Shown: one piece after another, positions 1 to 6,377 of the stretch
Position numbering within the stretch: the first letter of the stretch is position 1
How the letters are laid out: every line of letters starts with the position of its first letter
NCBI GenBank assembly: GCA_039591655.1
Contig: JBDHDE010000077.1
Location: 1-10,062 of the forward strand
DNA: 10,062 nt
Origin: Gemmatimonadota bacterium
GTDB taxonomy: Bacteria; Gemmatimonadota; Gemmatimonadetes; Gemmatimonadales; GWC2-71-9
Direction of reading: 5' to 3'
The notes under the pieces: generated by a model
The model's database searches: none
Told to the model about the DNA's origin: nothing
Seen by the model: only the letters and a program-made list of their open reading frames with translations
Position numbers and translations under genes: made by a program

Positions 1-777
1 CTCGACCTCCCGCGCATAGAACTCGAAGGCCGCCCTGGTGATGGGCCAGCGGCCGCCGTACAGGTCATCGCGGAGGGGCCCGGCCTCCCGCGTCGCAGCC
101 GCCACCCGCCCCTGCTCCTCCAGGACCTCGAGGCGCGCGCACCGCGCCACCAATCCCGCCGGCAGACCGTCCACCGGCACGGAGTCCAGCTGCGCCAGCT
201 CGTCGTACGCGCCTAGCGCGGCGTCGGGGCGGCCGGCCTTCCGCAGGGTGCGGCCCAGGCGGAGCAGCGCTCCCGCGCGAGTCGCCGACTCGTCGCTGCG
301 GGCAAGTCTCCGGTACTCCCCGATCGCTCCGGCGTAGTCGCGCTCCCGAAACTCCAACGCCTCCCCACGGGCGAACGCGCCGCGCGCCGGCTCTGGGGTG
401 CTTGGGGCTACCGGGTGGTAGAGCAGACGAGCCGGGGGATACGCCCGCACGCCGCCGTCGGACAGCGCCACGACGAGCGCGTCGCGTGACAGCTGACCGT
501 CCACGTATGCGGCGGAAGCGATCGGCAGCTCCGAGGCGGGGACAGTCGAGAGCCGGGTGAGGGCTTCCTCGGTCTCCGCCAGGCGGAGTTGCAGCCCGGC
601 GGCGACGAGATCGGCGGCGTGTTCGAGGCGTTCCCGGACACGCTGGCTCTCCAGCGCCCGGTCCTGCTGGAACAGGCGCGACCCGAGCCAACCCAACGCC
701 GCGACCAACACGAAGGTGACCCCGAGAAACAGGATCACGAGGTTGCGCGGCGACCGCACCCACACACGAAGCGCCAT
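1..777 (-). CDS. Probable membrane sensor (histidine kinase-like) protein, N-terminal part only; runs off the window's left edge
   Basis: Not in the ORF track because it has no stop in the window. Translated by hand from ATG at 777 with no stop to position 1 (259 codons): MALRVWVRSPRNLVILFLGVTFVLVAALGWLGSRLFQQDRALESQRVRERLEHAADLVAAGLQLRL...GEALEFRERDYAGAIGEYRRLARSDESATRAGALLRLGRTLRKAGRPDAALGAYDELA...RWPITRAAFEFYAREVE. It has an N-terminal TM helix, a helical stalk and a TPR-like segment. A G-rich SD-like tract lies just upstream. The kinase domains are not visible, so the HK call rests on recalled similarity to Acidobacteria/Gemmatimonadota sensors. Confidence 0.65.
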   Translation of the reverse strand, partial: MALRVWVRSPRNLVILFLGVTFVLVAALGWLGSRLFQQDRALESQRVRERLEHAADLVAAGLQLRLAETEEALTRLSTVPASELPIASAAYVDGQLSRDALVVALSDGGVRAYPPARLLYHPVAPSTPEPARGAFARGEALEFRERDYAGAIGEYRRLARSDESATRAGALLRLGRTLRKAGRPDAALGAYDELAQLDSVPVDGLPAGLVARCARLEVLEEQGRVAAATREAGPLRDDLYGGRWPITRAAFEFYAREVE

Positions 778-960
778 TGCCCCCCCGAAAGGTGGGCCTG
801 ATCTAGTATCGGGCGCGGGACGGGTGGGCGCCACCTGTCACCGCGGCCACTACGCTATGACGGACCTCAGGCCTCGGTATGGTTGAATCGGCAAGCGGTT
901 GTCGGGGAACCGTCGGCAGACCGTGGAGATCTCTTGACAATCGTAGGGAAGGACGCCTCG

Positions 961-989
961 AAAATGTAATGGCCGCGCGCGACACGGCC
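961..989 (-). terminator. Putative intrinsic terminator of the Ser/Thr kinase gene
   Basis: Minus strand reads GGCCGTG-TCGCG-CGCGGCC (7-bp stem with one G:U) followed by ATTACATTTT, starting 11 nt after the kinase stop codon. Confidence 0.45.
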
Positions 990-1000
990 CGGTCGTCGGC

Positions 1001-3367
1001 TCAGCGCTGCGCCACACCTCGGGCTTCCCGCACCAGCCGCTCGAACCGCGGATAGGAGCGCAGCGCATCCAACTCGGGCGCGCGCAGGCTCTCGGTCCAG
1101 AACTCGAGGCCGAGTTCCGCAGTCTCCAACACATCGAGGGCCTGCTCCGGTCGCCCCAGCGCGGCCAACACGAACGCGGTGGGACCGATGTATCCGTGCT
1201 CGAGTAGGCGCTCCGCCAGCGCCTCCGCCCTCACAGTGTCTCCGTTTTGCACGGCCAGGACTCCCAGCGGCGCATCGGACGGAACGTACCCCAGGCGGGA
1301 GCCGGTTTCCGCGTCGGCCCGCGCGGCCGCCGTATCGCCCAGGCGAAGCGCGAGCAGCGCACGCTGGCCATAGCCGGCGGCAAAGCTCGGCTCGAGCGTG
1401 AGCGAGCTATCGAGCCAGCGACCGGCCTCTTCCATCTGCCGGAGCCGGTAGGTGAGAAAGCCCAAGCCGAAGACGGTGATGGTGCGCTCCGGCTCGAGGG
1501 CCAGCGCCCGCTCGAACTGGGCCGTCGCTTCCTCATCCTCACCCATGTACATGAGGAGCCAGCCGTACTGGTGGTGCGCCTCGGCGTTGTCAGGATCGAG
1601 GGCAAGAGCTCGCCTGAATGCCTCGTGGACGCCCTCGAAGGTCTGGGGATGGCGAAAGCTCAGGAGGTAGCCCCTCGCCATCCAGCCGTCGGAGAGCGAC
1701 GAGTCACGCTCCAGCGCCCTGCTCGCCGCGCTGAACCCGAGAGCGAGCACGCTGTCCCGGGTGAGACCCGGGTACTCCCACCGCCAGTCGAGGAATAGGG
1801 CATAGCCGTAGGCTAGCCGCGCCCAGGCCCGAGCGAAGGTGGGATCGGCCGCCACCGCGTCGCGGTAGTGCTGCACCGCGCGCAGCACCGAGCGGGGAGA
1901 GCGATCGGTAAGGCGGCCCTGCCCACGCACGAAGGAGGTGTAGGCCGCGGGAATCACGCCGGCAGGCTCGCCCAAGGCAACTAGGTCCTCCGGCGCCAGT
2001 CGTCCCCCGATGTTGCCGGCGATCTCCCGCGCGATCTCCTCCTGTAGGGTGAGGAGGTCGGTCACCTCACGATCGTAGTCGTCGCCCCAGGCACGGAACC
2101 CGTCACTCCCCCGCACCAGGTTCACCGTGACCCGAACGTGTTCGCCGGAGCGCCGCACACTGCCCTCGAGGAGGTAATCGACGCTTAGGCTCTCGGCCAC
2201 GGCGAGCAGGTCGGCGGGCAGCGAGTCTCGGTAGCGCCGCACGGCATTACGGCTCTTGGTTTGGATGCCGGGGATTCGACCCACCCGACTGGTGATCTCC
2301 TCGGTGAGGCCGTCGGCCAGGTAGGCGTCCAAGGTATCCGGCGACAGGTTCTCCAGGTACAACACGGCCAACCGCGCCGCGGAGGCCGCGCCACCCGGAA
2401 TCCCGGCGCGCCACGGCTGCCACAGCCCGAGCAGCACGACGACGATGGCCGCTAGTGCTGCCGCCACCCACGTGCTGCGGCGACTCCGCGGCACAACCGC
2501 GCTCACGGCACCTGTGCCCCCGCTGGGCGTCACCAGCGCCTCGAGTTGCGCTAGCAGCTCGTCGGCCGTTTGCCACCTGTCGGCCGGCTCCTTCGCGAGG
2601 CAGCGCATGATGACGGCCTCGAGATCCGGCGCCACGCCGGTGCGCAACACCCCCAGGGGCTGCGGTGCCTTCGCGATGTGTGCCGTAAGCACCGCTCGCG
2701 GTGTAGGTCCCTCGAACGGAGGTCGTCCCGCCAGCAGCTCGTACCCCAGGGCCCCGACGGCATAGATATCCGCCCGGTAATCGACGTCGGGATCGCCCGC
2801 GGCCTGCTCCGGCGCCATGTACGCCGGGGTGCCCAGCGCGATGCCCGCCGTAGTGAGCTGGTGCCGCCCCGAGGCCTCGCTCAGGGCCTTCGCCACGCCG
2901 AAGTCGGTGACCAGCGCGTGGCGGCCCGAGAGCAGCACGTTCCCCGGTTTGATGTCGCGGTGGATCACGCCCCGGCTGTGGGCGTGGGCAAGAGCATCAG
3001 CGACGTCACGCAGAATCCGCACGGCATCTTGGACCGGTAGCTCGCCCTCACGTACCAGCTTGACCTTGAGGGGCTCTCCCTCGATGTACGGCATGACGTA
3101 GTAGAGGAGCCCGTCGGCTTCGCCGGAGTCGATGAGCCCAAGGATGTGCGGGTGGGTGAGCTGCGCCGCGATCTCCACTTCCTGGAGGAAGCGCTGCGTC
3201 CCCAGAACCGCCGCCAGATCGGGACGCAGCACCTTGATGGCTACGTTGCGCCGGTGCTTGAGATCCTCGGCGAGATACACCGTGGACATCCCACCGCCAC
3301 CCAACTCGTGCTGGATGCGGTAGCGGGCTGCGAGGGCGGTTCTCAGGCGGTCGAGGATCTCGGGCAT
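1001..3367 (-). CDS. Hanks-type Ser/Thr protein kinase with TM helix, TolB_N-like domain and TPR repeats (788 aa)
   Basis: Kinase motifs GGGGMSTV, VAIK, HRDIKPGN, DFG, GTPAYMAPE and DIYAVG are intact. TM segment WVAAALAAIVVVLLGLW. TolB_N-like segment LAVLYLENLS...YLADGLTEEI...LEGSVRR. Several TPRs (AFRRALALDPDNAEAH, FERALALEPE). SD GGGGAG lies 9 nt upstream of the ATG. Confidence 0.95.
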   Translation of the reverse strand: MPEILDRLRTALAARYRIQHELGGGGMSTVYLAEDLKHRRNVAIKVLRPDLAAVLGTQRFLQEVEIAAQLTHPHILGLIDSGEADGLLYYVMPYIEGEPLKVKLVREGELPVQDAVRILRDVADALAHAHSRGVIHRDIKPGNVLLSGRHALVTDFGVAKALSEASGRHQLTTAGIALGTPAYMAPEQAAGDPDVDYRADIYAVGALGYELLAGRPPFEGPTPRAVLTAHIAKAPQPLGVLRTGVAPDLEAVIMRCLAKEPADRWQTADELLAQLEALVTPSGGTGAVSAVVPRSRRSTWVAAALAAIVVVLLGLWQPWRAGIPGGAASAARLAVLYLENLSPDTLDAYLADGLTEEITSRVGRIPGIQTKSRNAVRRYRDSLPADLLAVAESLSVDYLLEGSVRRSGEHVRVTVNLVRGSDGFRAWGDDYDREVTDLLTLQEEIAREIAGNIGGRLAPEDLVALGEPAGVIPAAYTSFVRGQGRLTDRSPRSVLRAVQHYRDAVAADPTFARAWARLAYGYALFLDWRWEYPGLTRDSVLALGFSAASRALERDSSLSDGWMARGYLLSFRHPQTFEGVHEAFRRALALDPDNAEAHHQYGWLLMYMGEDEEATAQFERALALEPERTITVFGLGFLTYRLRQMEEAGRWLDSSLTLEPSFAAGYGQRALLALRLGDTAAARADAETGSRLGYVPSDAPLGVLAVQNGDTVRAEALAERLLEHGYIGPTAFVLAALGRPEQALDVLETAELGLEFWTESLRAPELDALRSYPRFERLVREARGVAQR

Positions 3368-3394
3368 GCGTTCAGGCTCCCCCCAGGACTTCGT

Positions 3395-3422
3395 AAGCTA
3401 ACGGCCGCCTGTCGCATGTCGA
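3395..3422 (-). promoter_or_regulatory. Putative sigma70-type promoter of the kinase gene
   Basis: Minus strand TCGACA (3422-3417), 16-nt spacer, TAGCTT (3400-3395), ending 27 nt upstream of the ATG. Confidence 0.45.
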
Positions 3423-3509
3423 ATCGTTGGCCCAGCAAGTGCGGCGGGCTCTTCGGCCGCCGCCGCGCCCGCCGGCTCTTGCTGGTGCCGACGGGCAACG
3501 CGTGTGCTC

Positions 3510-4049
3510 CTAGAAGAACCCGAAACCCGGCGGGGCCATGCCGTGCTTGCGGAAGTTGGCCACCACCTGACCGGCGGTCCACATCGTGTGCTGGTGCATC
3601 TCGTCCCAGACCTGCCAGTTGGGGATTCGGAGCCCACCGAAGAAGCCCACGATCTCGGAGCGATCGTCCGCCGATTGGCCCTGCAGGGTCTCGGCGGCAT
3701 AGTCGTATGCGCCGTTGATGTAGCCCATCAGAGCTTCCCGGCCGTTCAGCGCCACCGACGTATCGGGGAGCGCAGGCTCCTCACCGCCGAAGAACCGGCC
3801 GCACACCCACACGATGGTGGACGCCGCATGATGGATCTGCTCAGCGAAGTCGCGCTGCTCGGGGGTCACCCTGTCACGGTACAGCGCCTCGGGCATGGAG
3901 TCCGCCATGGCAACGAGCATGGAGCGCTGGAGCTCGAGCATCTTGAGCTGCACCGCGCGGTACGTCTCGGGCATGGGCACCGGGGCGTCCTGGGCCACAG
4001 CGGTGGTTGCCATGCAAGCCAGTAAGGCGAGCGTAGAGATGGCACGCAT
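3510..4049 (-). CDS. Secreted DinB/YfiT-like family protein (179 aa)
   Basis: The likely start is ATG 4049 rather than the track's 4328, which overlaps the upstream gene. Sec signal peptide MRAISTLALLACMATTAVA|Q. DinB-like motifs ADSMPEALY, TPEQRDFAEQIHH and H..WTAGQVVANFRKHGMAPP. Confidence 0.8.
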   Translation of the reverse strand: MRAISTLALLACMATTAVAQDAPVPMPETYRAVQLKMLELQRSMLVAMADSMPEALYRDRVTPEQRDFAEQIHHAASTIVWVCGRFFGGEEPALPDTSVALNGREALMGYINGAYDYAAETLQGQSADDRSEIVGFFGGLRIPNWQVWDEMHQHTMWTAGQVVANFRKHGMAPPGFGFF

Positions 4050-4090
4050 GTAGATTTCTCGCTTTCGGATGTTGACTGGTTCAGGAAGGA

Positions 4091-4120
4091 AGCTTAGCGC
4101 GGGTCGCCGCCATCGGCCAA
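4091..4120 (-). promoter_or_regulatory. Possible sigma70-type promoter of the DinB-like gene
   Basis: Minus strand TTGGCC (4120-4115), 18-nt spacer, TAAGCT (4096-4091), about 40 nt upstream of ATG 4049. Confidence 0.35.
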
Positions 4121-4191
4121 CGGACCGCGTCCCGCACCTACCTCCGTCCGCGTGTCCTCCAACCTGCGTCTGATTCGCCGGCCTCGTACCG

Positions 4192-4740
4192 CTACACACC
4201 CACCGGCGAGCCGATGTTCCACAGCGTGTACTCCGCCCGGATGTTGGGGCGCGCAAACCACACGAGGAGGAACACCGGGAAGACGGCCACGAGCGCGAAG
4301 CCGAATACCACCCCCGCCACCACCGCACCCATGGTCGGCATCAAGTCCGGCTGCAGCAGCGCCTCGAGCAAGTCCCTGAGCCAGGTCAGGGCCAGCACGA
4401 GCTGAATCACCAGCCACGGGAGCACGATCCAAGCCCACACCTTGCAGCAGATCACACCTCCGCGCTTCCGTCGCAGCAGGAGGATCGATCCCACGAAGAG
4501 GAGCAAGGCAAGCTCCAGATTGATTACGGCGCTCGCCACTACGAGCCCCAAGGGAGGCCCGGCCTTCTTGATGAGCTCCACCGCCTCGGCTCCCATGAGT
4601 CGCGCCCAGTCCGCATCGCTCCAGGTGAACAGCCGCACCAACTCGCCGATCTCGTCGATGAACGCCAACACGGCGACGATGATGCCGATCACGCCGAGCA
4701 CGGTGGGCCAGCGCGTCCGTGGTGTCTCCGTCGCTTCCAT
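4192..4740 (-). CDS. Hypothetical integral membrane protein, about 4 TM helices (182 aa)
   Basis: Four hydrophobic segments, with a basic LRRKR loop after the second. Strong SD AAGGGAGG 7 nt upstream of the ATG. Codon third positions are GC-rich. Confidence 0.85.
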   Translation of the reverse strand: MEATETPRTRWPTVLGVIGIIVAVLAFIDEIGELVRLFTWSDADWARLMGAEAVELIKKAGPPLGLVVASAVINLELALLLFVGSILLLRRKRGGVICCKVWAWIVLPWLVIQLVLALTWLRDLLEALLQPDLMPTMGAVVAGVVFGFALVAVFPVFLLVWFARPNIRAEYTLWNIGSPVGV

Positions 4741-4764
4741 GGTCTTGCCTCCCTTAATCTATCT

Positions 4765-4796
4765 GCGGACGCCGACAGTCGATCGTCGGCGCTCGC
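4765..4796 (-). other. Intergenic hairpin between the Zn-ribbon gene and the 4-TM gene
   Basis: CGCCGAC (4770-4776) / GTCGGCG (4785-4791) with an imperfect outer extension and no U-tract. It could be a weak terminator or an mRNA stabiliser. Confidence 0.35.
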
Positions 4797-4797
4797 T

Positions 4798-5838
4798 TCA
4801 GTCTTCGCTCGCCTGCCCGGTTGCTGTGTCACTTGCCATTCCCGCAGGCGGCCGGTGCTTCTCGATGAACTCGTGGGTCTCTTGGGGCACGAACATGTTG
4901 TCGGCGATGTTCGCGATCTCCTCGGCCTGACGCCACTGCAACTCGAGGTCCAGGAGCTCCCCCGCCATCGCGCGCATCTCCTGCTCCTCGTGCAGCGCCA
5001 TCTCCAGCGCCAACCGCTTCGGCGTCGGCATCTTGTGCACGAGCCCGGGCTTCCTCGCGAAGAACCCTCCCCCGGAGTTCGTCCGGGCCTCGTAGCGCAG
5101 CTCGTGCGCGACCTGGGACAGGTAGCGTTCGGGATCGCCGGCGCTCTCGATCTGTCCCACTGCGTTCAGGATCGCCTGCTTCGAGCCGGCCATGCGGTTG
5201 ACTCCCGCGAGCAGCAGACCGCTAACGCGCTCGGCCTCATCACCCTCGAACGTGCGCTTGCCCAGCTGCACCACCCAGCGGTCGGTACCGGAATCCACCA
5301 GAAACCGAGCCTTCTGCAGATCCCCATAGCGCAGCTTGACGACCTTACCGTCCTGCGTCTTGATCTTCACCCGGACGGGGATGTTGATGAGCAGGTTGGG
5401 GATCTGCGGCAGAAAGGCCGCGCCGGCGCCCGCTGCGATGGCTCCTGCCGCCAGCGCCCCGAGGGCCACGCCCCCGGCGACCCCGTAGGCTATGGCCCGC
5501 CGGCGGCGCCGCCCGAACTGATCACCGTAGCGCCACGCGGCGAACTCGGGCCGTAACGGCTCGCCGACCCGCACCAACTCGAGACCCTCCTTGAGACGGG
5601 CCAGGCCGATGTTGTCGGTGGAGACCCGCAACCGGGTGGCGCGGAACCGCCGCTCGCACTCCTCGAACGCCTCCCACCGCTCCTCCAGAGGCGAGAGGTT
5701 CCAGCGCTCGCACTTGCGGCATACGACCCACAGCCTGCCTTTGGCCGGATCGAAGGCCAGCCGCCGGCCGACCGGGAATGGCTCGATGACCTCGTTCGTC
5801 CCCAGGTCGCGGTTGCAGAAGAGGCAGGTAGAGTACAC
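4798..5838 (-). CDS. Hypothetical protein with N-terminal Cys4 Zn-ribbon, central TM segment and acidic helical C-terminus (346 aa)
   Basis: The likely start is GTG 5838 (MYSTCLFC...), with SD GGGGAG 9 nt upstream. It has CLFC and CRKC pairs, an Arg run before a Gly/Ala-rich hydrophobic segment, and C-terminal RLALEMALHEEQE...WRQAEEIANIAD. The track's extra 160 N-terminal residues are largely the antisense shadow of the divergent gene. Confidence 0.85.
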   Translation of the reverse strand: MYSTCLFCNRDLGTNEVIEPFPVGRRLAFDPAKGRLWVVCRKCERWNLSPLEERWEAFEECERRFRATRLRVSTDNIGLARLKEGLELVRVGEPLRPEFAAWRYGDQFGRRRRRAIAYGVAGGVALGALAAGAIAAGAGAAFLPQIPNLLINIPVRVKIKTQDGKVVKLRYGDLQKARFLVDSGTDRWVVQLGKRTFEGDEAERVSGLLLAGVNRMAGSKQAILNAVGQIESAGDPERYLSQVAHELRYEARTNSGGGFFARKPGLVHKMPTPKRLALEMALHEEQEMRAMAGELLDLELQWRQAEEIANIADNMFVPQETHEFIEKHRPPAGMASDTATGQASED

Positions 5839-5906
5839 GCGCCCCGGCTCCCCCTTTCCAGGTGCGCACAAGCGCATCAAGCTCACGCTGCGATCGTGAA
5901 CCCCTA

Positions 5907-5937
5907 GTGAAACACGCATGAACCCGGGCCGGTTGCC
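5907..5937 (-). promoter_or_regulatory. Putative ECF-sigma-type promoter facing the Zn-ribbon gene
   Basis: Minus strand GGCAAC (5937-5932), 17-nt spacer, TGTTTCAC (5914-5907). It matches the plus-strand copy at 13 of 14 positions with the same spacing. Confidence 0.6.
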
Positions 5938-6046
5938 CGAGGCGGCGACTCCCACGCGTGGGTGATCTCCCTCCGTGCGTGACGGCACCTCATCCGTGTG
6001 CGGCAACTCCCCTGCCGGTATATTTGTCTCACACCCGGGCAACCGG
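5929..6046. repeat. 11-bp perfect inverted repeat flanking 96 bp
   Basis: CCGGTTGCCCG (5929-5939) and CGGGCAACCGG (6036-6046). Confidence 0.7.
6002..6032 (+). promoter_or_regulatory. Putative ECF-sigma-type promoter facing the small TM/coiled-coil gene
   Basis: GGCAAC (6002-6007), 17-nt spacer, TGTCTCAC (6025-6032), ending 22 nt upstream of ATG 6055. Confidence 0.6.
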
Positions 6047-6054
6047 AGCCGCGT

Positions 6055-6333
6055 ATGGACTACCAGGTCAAGGAAGTGTTGGAGATGCTCATCATCACTG
6101 TGGGGTCGCTGGGGGCCCTGTGGATGATCAGCAGGGTCTTCGTCGCCCGGCGGATGCACGGCGGCTCTCGAGACCTCAAGCAGCTCACCGACTCGGTGGA
6201 CAAGCTCCGTGAGACGGTGGAAGGGATGCGGGATGAGTTGGGGGAGGTGACGGAGCGCCTGGACTTCAACGAGCGCGTGTTGGCCCGCATGGCAGAGCAG
6301 GCCAAGGAGGGGAGACAACTTCCCGGAGCCTGA
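6055..6333 (+). CDS. Small membrane-anchored coiled-coil protein, PspB-like architecture (92 aa)
   Basis: ATG 6055 with SD GGAG at 6045-6048. TM segment MLIITVGSLGALWMISRVFV, then heptads LKQLTDSVDKLRETVEGMRDELGEVTERLDFNERVL. Followed by a strong hairpin. Confidence 0.85.
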   Translation: MDYQVKEVLEMLIITVGSLGALWMISRVFVARRMHGGSRDLKQLTDSVDKLRETVEGMRDELGEVTERLDFNERVLARMAEQAKEGRQLPGA

Positions 6334-6340
6334 GAACCTC

Positions 6341-6370
6341 GCGGCGTCGCCGCACTGCGGGCGACGCCGC
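6341..6370. terminator. GC-rich hairpin between convergent genes, probable bidirectional terminator
   Basis: GCGGCGTCGCC (6341-6351) / GGCGACGCCGC (6360-6370) form an 11-bp perfect stem, 7 nt from each flanking stop codon. There is no U-tract. Confidence 0.65.
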
Positions 6371-6377
6371 CCATCGA

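Noticed and set aside
65..763. 232-aa minus-strand ORF and the plus-strand ORFs within 38-886
   Set aside because: These are Arg/Pro/Gly-rich shadow frames. The coding frame is the stop-free one starting at 777.
934..970. Perfect TTGACA on the plus strand, suggesting an antisense promoter into the kinase gene
   Set aside because: The nearest -10-like hexamer (TGTAAT, 965-970) is 25 nt away, and there is no good -10 at 16-18 nt.
803..985. 60-aa ORF between the kinase and sensor genes
   Set aside because: It has no SD, starts inside the terminator-like hairpin, and has an unconvincing composition.
4050..4328. N-terminal extension of the DinB-like ORF
   Set aside because: It overlaps the upstream membrane gene out of frame, and the signal peptide begins at ATG 4049.
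5920..6050. Known riboswitch or ncRNA (ZTP/pfl, cobalamin, SRP, 6S) in the structured divergent region
   Set aside because: I could not match the conserved cores of these families by eye, and the promoter interpretation explains the region better. An Rfam scan was not run.
5839..6318. 160-aa N-terminal extension of the 4798..6318 ORF
   Set aside because: It overlaps the plus-strand 92-aa gene in antisense and spans the promoter region. A good SD precedes GTG 5838.
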